In this document: piece by piece, positions 39,189 through 48,407 of the stretch | Position numbering within the stretch: position 1 is the stretch's first letter | How the letters are laid out: each line of letters opens with the position of its first letter | NCBI GenBank assembly: GCA_049521795.1 | Contig: JBEKOM010000001.1 | Span: 96,001 to 160,000 of the forward strand | Source: Candidatus Bathyarchaeia archaeon | GTDB taxonomy: Archaea > Thermoproteota > Bathyarchaeia > Bathyarchaeales > Bathycorpusculaceae | DNA length: 64,000 bases | Direction: 5' to 3' | Translations under genes and position numbers: made by a program | Notes under the pieces: model-generated | What the model was told of the DNA's origin: nothing | Database searches by the model: none | Seen by the model: only the letters and a program-made list of their open reading frames with translations

Positions 39189-39617
39189 TCAAGTCATATG
39201 TTTAGGAACTCTGAAGTGCGATGCTTTTCCGGCGCTGACGTATTCTCCTCCAGCTTGACGCACAACAGATGCGATCTTTGAGAAGTTATCAGAACCCAAG
39301 TACTGCCGCGGCTTGATGATTATGTAATCGTCCTTTTCCTCAAAATTCAACATGCTTTCCAAGTCTTCAGGGAACATCGTCCGCAGGTCCTCTATAGCCT
39401 TCGACTTCTCAGCTGGCCGAGGCGCCCCAGCGACACTCGGAGACTGACCCAGCGACAAAGGCGGCGGCGCAACCACGGGCTGAGTGATCTGTTGAACTGA
39501 CAGCGACTTCAACGAAGCGGACACTTTCCTCAAGTCCTCGGCGATTCCGCTCAAGATCACGACGAGTTCGTCAACTCTCTTGGTAAGATTGTCCACCTTC
39601 ACTTTATCCGTGCTCAT
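39189..39617 (-). CDS. Hypothetical protein (N-terminal coiled coil, conserved C-terminal domain)
   Basis: Heptad-like N-terminus; C-terminal FP..L..ML.F......IKPRQYLG..NF.KIA..V...GGEY.SAGK.SHF. Confidence 0.7.
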   Translation of the reverse strand: MSTDKVKVDNLTKRVDELVVILSGIAEDLRKVSASLKSLSVQQITQPVVAPPPLSLGQSPSVAGAPRPAEKSKAIEDLRTMFPEDLESMLNFEEKDDYIIIKPRQYLGSDNFSKIASVVRQAGGEYVSAGKASHFRVPKHMT

Positions 39618-39711
39618 AAGCCTTCAACCCTCCAAATCCTTAATACTTCACCCATTTATTAATTGTTTCCGACTCTTCTCACAAGCCGAAAAAGAGGCGC
39701 ACAGAGCATAC

Positions 39712-40749
39712 TTGATCGAAGTTGACGGCAGCAAGAAAGGAGGAAGCGGCACGATCCTCAGACTGTCAGTCGCCCTGTCAGCCATAACGGGGCAACCGCT
39801 TCACATCTACAACGTCAGACACAACAGACCTCAACCAGGCTTGAAACCCCAACACTTGGAAGCAGTCTTGACAGCCGCAAAACTGTGCAACGCTGAACTC
39901 GATGGCGCAAGAATTGATTCTCGCGAACTCTGGTTTAAGCCTAGAGAAGTTGAAGGAGGCAAGATCGAGGCAGAAATCGGCACCGCCGGAAGCATACCGA
40001 TGCTCTTGATGACCGTGCTGCCGATCTGCGCTTATGCTAAAAGGACCGTTGTCCTGCACGTTTCTAAGGGTGGAACCGACGTTTCAAACGCGCCCACGAC
40101 AAATTACATGCGCTTCGTCCTCTTGCCAACTCTCTGCCGCATGGGTCTAGAAGCAACTCTGAAGGTCAACAAGTACGGTTACTACCCAAGAGGAAACGGC
40201 GAAGTAACGGCAACAGTGAAGCCTGCAGAGTCACTCAGACCTTTACACATGGAAACATTCGGCAAGATAAAAGCCATCAAAGGAGTATCAGTCTGCACAT
40301 TCTTAGCCGAGAGGAAAGTGGCTGAAAGACAAGCAAAAGCTGCAAAAGACTATCTGAAAGAAAAAGGCTACGCAACAGAGATCCAAGCAGTAAACGACAC
40401 GTCAAACCCCCTGCAGAAAGGCAGCTCAATAGTGTTGTGGGCCGAAACCGACGCGGGCACATTGTTGGGAGCTGACGCGATAGGCGAACTGAAGAAGACA
40501 AGCGAAAAAGTCGGCGAAGAGGCCGCCCAGAAACTCTACGCGGAGATTTCTGCCAAGCCCACGGTTGACGTACACTTGGCCGACCTGCTCATCCCATACG
40601 TGGCCCTGGCTAAAGGAAGCTCGATCTATTTCACGCGGGCAGTTTCAGAGCACTTAGAAACAAACATCTGGGTTACTGAACAAATCTTAAACGCTAGGTT
40701 TAACGTTGAAAAGGTGAACGGGCTTCACAAAGTAGAAAAAACAGAGTGA
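39712..40749 (+). CDS. rtcA: RNA 3'-terminal phosphate cyclase
   Basis: IEVDGS...G..LR, R.NRP.PGL.PQHL, GTAGS, GGTDV, GYYPRG.G, D.HLAD. Confidence 0.93.
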   Translation: MIEVDGSKKGGSGTILRLSVALSAITGQPLHIYNVRHNRPQPGLKPQHLEAVLTAAKLCNAELDGARIDSRELWFKPREVEGGKIEAEIGTAGSIPMLLMTVLPICAYAKRTVVLHVSKGGTDVSNAPTTNYMRFVLLPTLCRMGLEATLKVNKYGYYPRGNGEVTATVKPAESLRPLHMETFGKIKAIKGVSVCTFLAERKVAERQAKAAKDYLKEKGYATEIQAVNDTSNPLQKGSSIVLWAETDAGTLLGADAIGELKKTSEKVGEEAAQKLYAEISAKPTVDVHLADLLIPYVALAKGSSIYFTRAVSEHLETNIWVTEQILNARFNVEKVNGLHKVEKTE

Positions 40750-40758
40750 AGAGACCAC

Positions 40759-41547
40759 ATGGCCAGTAGCACCCGCAAAAAGACGGTTCAGAGATACTAT
40801 TCTATCAGGGCTAAAGATTACGACCAGCAGAAGAGCAGGACGTGGAAATCTGAAAACGGTTTTGGAGCAGAAATACTTGACGAAGTGCTCAACGCGTTCA
40901 CAGGTTTTGAGAGCAAACTTCTGCTAGAAGTGGGCGTCGGAAGCGGAAGAAACGCGAAGCCTCTGCTTGAAAAAATCAGACCATGTCTCGTAGGGCTTGA
41001 CTTAACGAGAGAAATGCTGAACAACGCGAGAAACAAGCTCCTCGCTTACAAACAGCATTCCGACCTCATTCTGGGGGATGCTGACCACTTACCCTTCGCA
41101 GCCGAAGCTTTCGATGGAATACTGTGCATGAGCACCATGCACTACTTCGAAGACCAAGAAAGAACGCTGGAAGACTATAGACGATTGCTCAAAGAAGGAG
41201 GCACTTTCGTGTACGGCGATCTGTCTCCACACGATGCTGACGACCAGAAATTCTTCGAAACATTGGAAAGAACGATATCCAGGGCGCACACAAGATACTA
41301 CAAGGCTTCAGAAACGAAGAGACTGCTCGAAACTCACGGATTCCATGTCTCTAGAATGAAAACCATTGCATACAAAAAACCCTACGACGCGTTGATCGAG
41401 GACAAAGGAAAATACTTTGCCATCAAGCCCGAAGTACTTCGCAGATACGTGCATGCGGCCAGCAAAGAAGCAAAGGAGCAATACGTCCTCACGGACACCG
41501 AATTAACCCAGTTTTACACAGTCATCACGGCAACACGAGAGAATTGA
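40759..41547 (+). CDS. Class I SAM-dependent methyltransferase
   Basis: LLEVGVGSGR, GLDLT.EML, GDADHLPF. Confidence 0.88.
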   Translation: MASSTRKKTVQRYYSIRAKDYDQQKSRTWKSENGFGAEILDEVLNAFTGFESKLLLEVGVGSGRNAKPLLEKIRPCLVGLDLTREMLNNARNKLLAYKQHSDLILGDADHLPFAAEAFDGILCMSTMHYFEDQERTLEDYRRLLKEGGTFVYGDLSPHDADDQKFFETLERTISRAHTRYYKASETKRLLETHGFHVSRMKTIAYKKPYDALIEDKGKYFAIKPEVLRRYVHAASKEAKEQYVLTDTELTQFYTVITATREN

Positions 41548-41561
41548 ACCTGCGTGACAAA

Positions 41562-42632
41562 ATGCCAAAGAAAGTCAGATGCTTAAGAGTTCCGAAAAAG
41601 CAAGGCGAAAAAGCAATAGCTCTGGCAAGCGAAGCGAAGATCGTCGATAAGGAATTTGAATTTCAGAGAGACGAAGATTTTCTGTGCATCCCGCTCATCA
41701 GCCAGCCTCGAGAGGATACTTTGAAGACTCTCAGGGAAAATGGAGTAATCTATCAAATTCTAACGTGTACGTTCCAAAGAAGGAAGAAACAGAAACCATC
41801 CTTGACAGAAGTGCTTTCAACCGAATTGCCTCCTCATCTGCTGGCCGGTCTGCCGCACGCCGTGGATTTCATCGGGGACATAGCCATAGTCGAGGTCCCT
41901 CAAAAGTTAGGCGCGTACAAAAAGATCATAGGTGAAGCGATTCTCAAAACGAACAAGAACGTACGGACCGTGCTAGCAAAAGCTGGCGCTGTCAGCGGGA
42001 CCTACCGATTGAGAGAATTCAGTGTCATAGGTGGAGAACAGAAAACCGAGACTGTCCACAAAGAATTTGGCTGCCAATACTCAGTTGACGTTGCCAAGGC
42101 CTATTTTTCGCCCCGTCTCTCATATGAACACAAGAGAGTAGCCTCTCTCGTTAAGGAAAACGAAACGATAGTGGACATGTTTGCAGGAGTCGGCCCCTTC
42201 TCCATACTTATAGCCAAAACCCACCAAAACGTGAAAGTCTACGCGATTGACGCGAATCCCAAGGCTTTTGAATATCTCAAGAAGAACATCAGGCTCAACA
42301 GGGCCGTGGGTGAAGTTCATCCTTTCTTGGGAGACGCGAGACACGTCATTGATGAAAAGGTCACGTGCGTCGCAGATCGAGTGATTATGAACCTGCCCGA
42401 AAAAGCAATCGAATTTGTCGACGCAGCTTGCAGAGCCCTCAAGCCTGAGGGAGGTATGATACACTTTTACAGCTTTGTCAGCGCTTCAAACCCGCTAGAA
42501 GCAACAAAGCTCCGCCTTACAAAAGCTGTTCAAGAAACAGGGAGAAAGGTCGCGGATGTTCCGTTCTCAAGGATAGTTCGAGAGACAGCCCCGCACGAAT
42601 GGCAAGCCGTCATAGACGCAAAGATTCGTTAG
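41562..42632 (+). CDS. trm5: tRNA (guanine37-N1) methyltransferase, Trm5/Taw2 family
   Basis: IGDIAI, YFSPRL..E, DMFAGVGPF, DRVIMNLP. Confidence 0.88.
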   Translation: MPKKVRCLRVPKKQGEKAIALASEAKIVDKEFEFQRDEDFLCIPLISQPREDTLKTLRENGVIYQILTCTFQRRKKQKPSLTEVLSTELPPHLLAGLPHAVDFIGDIAIVEVPQKLGAYKKIIGEAILKTNKNVRTVLAKAGAVSGTYRLREFSVIGGEQKTETVHKEFGCQYSVDVAKAYFSPRLSYEHKRVASLVKENETIVDMFAGVGPFSILIAKTHQNVKVYAIDANPKAFEYLKKNIRLNRAVGEVHPFLGDARHVIDEKVTCVADRVIMNLPEKAIEFVDAACRALKPEGGMIHFYSFVSASNPLEATKLRLTKAVQETGRKVADVPFSRIVRETAPHEWQAVIDAKIR

Positions 42633-42679
42633 ACGTTGTTGTTCCATGATAAAGCGTTTTAGCGTTCGCAAGAGGCACT

Positions 42680-43123
42680 CTAGATTTTCATGGTCAGTGT
42701 TATTCTCACATTCTGCTCCTTGTTTTTCAATTTCTTAACAAGACTTCTTGATAGCTCGCATGCTGCCTGGTCTGCATGGATCGCCAATGTTCGGTCGCAG
42801 ACGTAACTGCTCTTCCTCACAACAATGTCAGTCGGATGGGTTAGAATCAGGCGAGAGCTTCCATGGGCGCTTAAGGTTTGAGCGACTCCTCCTGCGTCGA
42901 CTGAAATAGTGATGCGTGCGTGGTCCTTTAGCAAGTTTTTTTTAAACTCGGAACTCAAGTCACTTAATGCTTTGTTCGCCGACACAGCGATGATGCAATC
43001 GCCGCTTTGTGACAAGTGCGCTTCTTTCGTGATTTCAATAGTTGTCTCATGCGTGGCCGAGATGTTCTCGTGTCCACTTGCAAGGATAACCTCTTTCAAT
43101 TCGACGGGATACAAGTTACTCAA
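42680..43123 (-). CDS. DUF371 family protein
   Basis: GHENI.ATH.TT.EITKE..L...GDCII.V; RKS.Y...RTLAI. Confidence 0.88.
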   Translation of the reverse strand: MSNLYPVELKEVILASGHENISATHETTIEITKEAHLSQSGDCIIAVSANKALSDLSSEFKKNLLKDHARITISVDAGGVAQTLSAHGSSRLILTHPTDIVVRKSSYVCDRTLAIHADQAACELSRSLVKKLKNKEQNVRITLTMKI

Positions 43124-44081
43124 GAACCTCTATTGAGTCAACTTTTCCGTCGCCGTCCAAGTCGAAGCCCTGAATAACCTTGGCAAAAGTCTCGTCACCC
43201 TTGTAGTTTTCCAAGGTTTTTTTCCAAAAATTCGTCAAGGCTAGGACACAGGCTTTCGTGCCAACTGTCTTGTTTCCGGCTAGGACTATGACGCGCTTTT
43301 CCTTGTCCCAGGGATTGACGATTTTCGCGACCAAACCAACGTTATCGGCGGTGTAAACGAGAGATGTTCTTTTGGACACTAAGCCTCCGAACATGAAGCC
43401 CTCCTCCGAGTGCCGCATGTCGAATCTTATCGGCAAGTACTCGTTTATCTCTTGGGTAAGCAGGTTTGTGCCCGGTCCGCCCACTAGAACCAGGTTGTTC
43501 TTTTCTTCCTTCTCAGCTTTGACGTCAACGTCAAGTTTTATCGCAAATTCGTCAGGCATCCTAACAAACTGGCCTAGAAAGAAGGCGAGATGAGAAGCGT
43601 AATGTCCGTCTCGCGCGCTCGTCTTGAACGGGCCATGGGGCGTTGGGCTGCCCACAACTATCTTGCCTTCGAAAGAGCTGTCCTTCCGAATGAATTCTCG
43701 GAAGAACTTCTGGATCTGCCCCTCCATGCCTAAGAGAGAGAGCTTCTTTATCGGCGTGTAACCTTGAGGAAGTTCGATGCCGAAAGCAGGAGAAACTGTT
43801 TTGAAATATTTAGCGGTGGCTCCTTTCTTTTCTTCCTGCCTGACGACAGTTATCGCGCCCGCCTTCTCCAATTTTCTTATGTGGTAGTACACTTTCTGCT
43901 CATGAACTCTGAGGGCCTTAGCTATTTCCAACGGGTACATCTCTTTTTCAGAAAGCATCTCCAGAATCTTCCAGCTCAGCCTGTTCAGAATCATCTTCAA
44001 CTTTTGCGGATCGTCGAATACTGTGATCTCCTTGACCTTCTGTGTCTTCCCATCTTCTTGTAACAACAGCTTCTTCTGCAA
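43116..44081 (-). CDS. ArsR-type HTH regulator fused to an S-layer-C-like domain
   Basis: N-terminal YPLEIAK.L...EQKVYYHIRKL..AG; C-terminal NLVLVGGPGTN...NPW......VLAG. Confidence 0.75.
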   Translation of the reverse strand: MQKKLLLQEDGKTQKVKEITVFDDPQKLKMILNRLSWKILEMLSEKEMYPLEIAKALRVHEQKVYYHIRKLEKAGAITVVRQEEKKGATAKYFKTVSPAFGIELPQGYTPIKKLSLLGMEGQIQKFFREFIRKDSSFEGKIVVGSPTPHGPFKTSARDGHYASHLAFFLGQFVRMPDEFAIKLDVDVKAEKEEKNNLVLVGGPGTNLLTQEINEYLPIRFDMRHSEEGFMFGGLVSKRTSLVYTADNVGLVAKIVNPWDKEKRVIVLAGNKTVGTKACVLALTNFWKKTLENYKGDETFAKVIQGFDLDGDGKVDSIEVLE

Positions 44082-44293
44082 GGTCGTCCCTTGGCTTAGT
44101 GAAGCAAAAGATCACCCTTATAACATTTTTTTTAATGCTGAAGGAAAAACAATGAAGGTTAAGTGAACCAACCATGTTGCAGCATGAGAGATGAATCAGA
44201 AATTTCTTTTAGGGCTCAGATTTACGTATTAACAATGCTTATTAGCGCAAAAACGGTTCGAATAGCCTCACTGCAAACAGATGAGGACCAAAG

Positions 44294-46123
44294 ATGTGCG
44301 GAATATTCGGCTGCATTCTCAAAGACGAACCCGCTGCACCCGTCATTCACGCAGCGCTGAAAAGACTTGAATACCGAGGCTACGACTCGGTTGGAGAGGC
44401 CACTATACATGAAGGAAAACTCTACGTAAAGAAAGACCAGGGAAAAATAGACGAAGTCCACATGCTGCACAACCTAGATGACCTGCCGGGAAACCTAGGC
44501 GTTGGACACACGAGATGGGCGACGCATGGCGCACCGCTACAGGTGAACGCGCATCCCCACGTTGACTGCACCGGACAGATAGCTGTCGTCCACAACGGGA
44601 TCATAGAGAATTTTGCTGAACTAAGGCTTGAACTTGAGAATCACGGACACGTTTTCAAGTCCAAAACCGACACAGAAATCATTCCCCATCTTATCGAAGA
44701 AACCCTCAAGAACAATTCCTCTCTGAGCCTCGCTGAAGCCGTTCTCGAAACCGTGAAGAAACTTCAAGGATCATACTCCATCGCGGTCATCTCATCGAAT
44801 GAACCTGACAAGATAGTATGCGTCCGAAACGAAAGCCCACTCGTCATCGGAGTCAATGAAAAAGCCGTGTACTTTGCCTCAGACATCCCGGCGTTTCTGC
44901 CTCTGACCAACAAGGCAATTATCGTTGAGGACGGAGAACTCGTTACGCTCTCTCTGGGAAACGTTGAGATCAAGAAAATAGCAGACTCAAGAGTCGTTGT
45001 CCGCGAGCCCAAGCTCATCGCGTGGACAGCTGAGATGGCGGTTAAACAGGGTTATCCGCATTTTATGATAAAGGAGATCCATGAACAGCCAGACTGCTTG
45101 CGGAACACGCTCAGGGTGCAGGAGCACTACGCTGACCTTATGTCAACTTTTCTTGACCGAGCCCGCGACGTTTACCTCGTAGCTTGCGGCACATCCTACC
45201 ACGCGTGCCTTGCATCATCCTATATGTTCTCCAAACTCGCTTTCCTTCCAAGCTTTCCTATAATAGCCTCAGAGTTTGTTGAACAATGCGGCAAATCAGT
45301 GAACATTGACAGCACGATTCTCGCGGTAAGCCAATCGGGCGAAACAGCTGATACCCTGGCCTCCGTCAACACTGCTCGCCAAAGAGCAGCAACGATCCTC
45401 GGATTAACGAACACGATCGGCTCAACGCTAACGAGGGTATCAAGAGTGTACATTGGTCAACAGTCAGGACCAGAAATAGGTGTGGCAGCGACGAAAACAT
45501 TCACATCGCAACTCTCAGTCATGGTTCAGCTGGCGCTACGACTTGCAAAGAAGAGGGGCAAGGTTTCACAAGACGAAATGGACTTCCTGGAAGAAAAACT
45601 GAAGAAACTCCCAGACACTGTTGAGGAAATAATCGAGAACCAGGAAGAAAAGATAAAACAGATCGCGAAAAAATACAAGGATGCAAAAACCTTCTTTTTC
45701 CTCGGCCGCGGAATAAGCACCGCCACAGCTTACGAGGGCAGACTCAAACTTATGGAAATAGCCTACGTGCCCGCTATAGCCTTCCCAGCAGGAGAAAGCA
45801 AGCATGGACCAATCAGCCTAATTGAACCCGGCTTCCCAGTGGTCTTCATCTGTCCAAAGGATGAAACGCGCAAAACGTTGATCGGCAACATAATGGAAAT
45901 GAAAGCTAGAGACGCCTCGATAATCGCCATCCTAGAAGAAGACGACGAAGAAATCAAAAAACTCGCCGACGACTACATCGAAGTCCCAAGAGGCATTCCT
46001 GAAGTGCTGTCACCCATACCCTTCGTAGTTCCACTTCAGCTCTTAGCTTATTACATGGCCCTCGAAAGAGGCCACAACCCAGACAAACCGAGAAACCTAG
46101 CAAAATCAGTAACCGTAAAATAA
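44294..46123 (+). CDS. glmS: Glutamine--fructose-6-phosphate aminotransferase
   Basis: MCGIFG, LEYRGYDS, GHTRWATHG, SQSGETAD, PRNLAKSVTVK. Confidence 0.97.
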   Translation: MCGIFGCILKDEPAAPVIHAALKRLEYRGYDSVGEATIHEGKLYVKKDQGKIDEVHMLHNLDDLPGNLGVGHTRWATHGAPLQVNAHPHVDCTGQIAVVHNGIIENFAELRLELENHGHVFKSKTDTEIIPHLIEETLKNNSSLSLAEAVLETVKKLQGSYSIAVISSNEPDKIVCVRNESPLVIGVNEKAVYFASDIPAFLPLTNKAIIVEDGELVTLSLGNVEIKKIADSRVVVREPKLIAWTAEMAVKQGYPHFMIKEIHEQPDCLRNTLRVQEHYADLMSTFLDRARDVYLVACGTSYHACLASSYMFSKLAFLPSFPIIASEFVEQCGKSVNIDSTILAVSQSGETADTLASVNTARQRAATILGLTNTIGSTLTRVSRVYIGQQSGPEIGVAATKTFTSQLSVMVQLALRLAKKRGKVSQDEMDFLEEKLKKLPDTVEEIIENQEEKIKQIAKKYKDAKTFFFLGRGISTATAYEGRLKLMEIAYVPAIAFPAGESKHGPISLIEPGFPVVFICPKDETRKTLIGNIMEMKARDASIIAILEEDDEEIKKLADDYIEVPRGIPEVLSPIPFVVPLQLLAYYMALERGHNPDKPRNLAKSVTVK

Positions 46124-46157
46124 AAGATACAAGATTAAGCGCGCAGAACCTGAGCTC

Positions 46158-46415
46158 TTATCTTTGCTCAAGACTGCGCGCAACTCCCTTCTTCAACATG
46201 CTTGTTATGCCGTTTTTGAGCTCTTCATAGCATGCGCTTATGCGCTCGGCATCGACTTTCGACATTCCGGAGAGTAACAGCTCTTTCTCAAAGGCCCTCC
46301 TAGTCTTTCGCACTCGACTTCCCAAGGTGAGATACGCGTAGAAAAGCTGCAGTGACATTCGAGCCAAATAGGGAGATGACTTGAACAATTCTGTGAAAAC
46401 CGACGATTCGCTCAA
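46158..46415 (-). CDS. Hypothetical protein
   Basis: ORF in a co-oriented four-gene cluster. Confidence 0.6.
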   Translation of the reverse strand: MSESSVFTELFKSSPYLARMSLQLFYAYLTLGSRVRKTRRAFEKELLLSGMSKVDAERISACYEELKNGITSMLKKGVARSLEQR

Positions 46416-46452
46416 GCTTCATCACCATGTTAGACAAAGAGAAGAGGGGAAG

Positions 46453-46848
46453 TTATTCTTCTTCCTCCTCATCCTCATCTTTCCTTCCTTTCGCAAGTCC
46501 TTCGCGGATTCTTCTTTCGACCTCTTCACTGATGTCTTCTCCAGCCTTTCCGGACCATCTACCCTTGCCAGCGCCTCTGAGCATGTCGCCTAAGCTTGTG
46601 AAAGTTCGCATGTAGTCTTCGGTCAACTTGACAGCCACAGGTTCAGGCAGTCCGCCGTTCTTCAGTTCCTTGTAGTATGCAGCTGCCGCCTTGCCCATGC
46701 TCCTTCCTGCTTCTTCGGAGAAAACAGAGCCAAGTACGTTCTTGATCAGTGAAGGAAGTTCTGCCGAGACCACGCCTAGTATTTCTTTGATGTTCTCTGG
46801 ACTCTGCGTCTCATGCCTCTTTTCATGTTCCTTTTCATCATCAACCAT
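46453..46848 (-). CDS. Hypothetical protein
   Basis: ATG preceded by GGAGGTGA; YYKELK.GGLP...A..LT..Y. Confidence 0.75.
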   Translation of the reverse strand: MVDDEKEHEKRHETQSPENIKEILGVVSAELPSLIKNVLGSVFSEEAGRSMGKAAAAYYKELKNGGLPEPVAVKLTEDYMRTFTSLGDMLRGAGKGRWSGKAGEDISEEVERRIREGLAKGRKDEDEEEEE

Positions 46849-46870
46849 TTTCTTTCACCTCCCAGATAGT

Positions 46871-47059
46871 TTACCCAAGATTGCAGTGAAGTCGTGAATG
46901 TGCCCAAGCATTTTCCAGCGTGATTTCATGTCTGTTTTCTGGCTTTGCCAACCTTGAAGGAACTGCTGCGACTATTTTGTGTGAGTTCGCATCCAGTTCT
47001 TCTGACGGAGTTGGCATGTTGCTTCTTCTGCTTATGTTGCGCAGGTATCCGTTTCTCAT
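46871..47059 (-). CDS. Small hypothetical protein
   Basis: ATG preceded by AGGTGAG RBS-like sequence. Confidence 0.5.
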   Translation of the reverse strand: MRNGYLRNISRRSNMPTPSEELDANSHKIVAAVPSRLAKPENRHEITLENAWAHSRLHCNLG

Positions 47060-47134
47060 TTCTTGCTCACCTTAAACTAGCAATGGAGTGGTCACAATAG
47101 TTAGGTGTTCTGTGCAAAAGTGACCAGTTAGTGA

Positions 47135-47575
47135 TCAATCTTTTTCGACTAACTCGTAAGTGGGAACTCTGCCGCCCTTCTTCAATAAGACTCCATGTTC
47201 TACGAGATTTTTCAGCCTGTCACGTACTATGCGTCTGCTTGCCTTTCCTCTCATCGTTGCCACCTGTCGCGTTATGGCGGAAACATTCAAGGCTCCTTTC
47301 ACGGCCAATGCCTGAATGATGCACCGTGAAATATCGTCTTGGGCAATGGCTCTTAGACGCAAGTATGTCTCGGCGTTTTTCAGACGAGAAGCAATTTTTA
47401 ATGGCTCACCGTACATGCCTATGCCCATTTTTGTCAAACGTAAGGAAGCGGCTAAACCTTCATACTCTGGCTTTTCAAGGATCAACTCTTCTAGAAGGTC
47501 GAGTCTGTGAATTATATGGTCTAGCTTTTTGCTCAGCTCTTCAGCGCTTGAATCAGGTTTTTCTTTTCGGCTCAA
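47135..47575 (-). CDS. Winged-helix DNA-binding protein
   Basis: DDISR.II.AL..KG.LNVS.ITR....RGKASRRIVR.RL..L...G. Confidence 0.7.
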   Translation of the reverse strand: MSRKEKPDSSAEELSKKLDHIIHRLDLLEELILEKPEYEGLAASLRLTKMGIGMYGEPLKIASRLKNAETYLRLRAIAQDDISRCIIQALAVKGALNVSAITRQVATMRGKASRRIVRDRLKNLVEHGVLLKKGGRVPTYELVEKD

Positions 47576-47672
47576 AACGCTTCCTGCCAGCGTTTAACGG
47601 TTAGACCGTGTTTGTTATTTAACATCTTATTCTCACATTCAAATATGTTAATAACCAACTCGGCCACTGTTT

Positions 47673-48395
47673 ATGCTGGTGCTCCAAGTGGAAGAAAACG
47701 AATGGGAAAAGCTCATTCAGAACCTGATTAAAGAAGGAGTTCTCCGCTCTCCGAAGGTTATTGAGACGATGCGTAAAGTGCCGCGTGAAAAGTTCCTTCC
47801 CGAAAACATGCGGTCTTATGGTGCTGTCGATACGCCTCTTCCAATAGGCTTCGGGCAGACGGCTTCTGCGCCACATAGCTAGGCCTCGTTGCCGGCTAGG
47901 CGAGACATGGTTTCAATAATGAATGAAGCCCTGCAGTTGGAGATCGGACTCAAAGTCTTAGAGGTCGGAGCAGGTTCAGGCTGGCACGCCGCTACAATTT
48001 CTGAGCTGATCGCACCGAAAACTGCGCCGCGAAGCGAGTGGGGACACGTGTACACAGTTGAAATCGTGCAAGGTCTAGCCGAATTCGCCCGAAAGAACAT
48101 CATGAACTGCGGGTACGGCGACCGAGTGACGATAATTCACGCCGACGGTTCAATAGGCTACCCTGAAAAGGCTCCGTTCGACAGAATCCTTGTGACAGCA
48201 GCTGCACCTGACGTTCCTAAAGTGCTAATCGAACAGTTGAAACCCACAGGAATAATGCTGATTCCAGTTGGCAGCCTGTCTCTATTTCAAAACCTGATCA
48301 AAATTACCAAGACGAGCGAAGGAGAAATCAAGGAAGAAAATCTCGGCGGCGTAGCGTTTGTGCCATTGACTGGAAAGTACGGCCACAGATTCTGA
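47673..48395 (+). CDS. pcm: Protein-L-isoaspartate O-methyltransferase, interrupted by a 30-nt BHB intron (join 47673-47874 with 47905-48395; start may be GTG 47688)
   Basis: Exon 1 VPREKFLP...D.PLPIGFGQTASAP(H); exon 2 MV..M.E.L....G.KVLEVGAGSGW, APFDRILVTAAAP, IPVG, FVPL.G; both halves share one frame. Confidence 0.92.
47875..47904 (+). other. Putative bulge-helix-bulge (tRNA-endonuclease type) intron in pcm mRNA
   Basis: CGCC(47869-72)/GGCG(47899-902) 4-bp helix flanked by 3-nt bulges ACA(47873-75) and AGA(47903-05); internal stem; contains in-frame TAG; excision gives CCA CAC ATG (P-H-M). Confidence 0.85.
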
Positions 48396-48407
48396 TGAAA
48401 TCGCCTC

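Noticed and set aside
39712-40749. rtcA as a dedicated partner of the pcm intron
   Set aside because: It is about 7 kb away in a housekeeping context, and EndA products already carry 2',3'-cyclic phosphate; no evidence of linkage.
47877-47906. Pyrrolysine/amber readthrough or simple pseudogene as explanation of the TAG in pcm
   Set aside because: Readthrough would leave 10 extra residues inside the conserved SAPHM active-site motif. Both halves are otherwise intact, and the exact BHB geometry restoring P-H-M is better explained by an intron.
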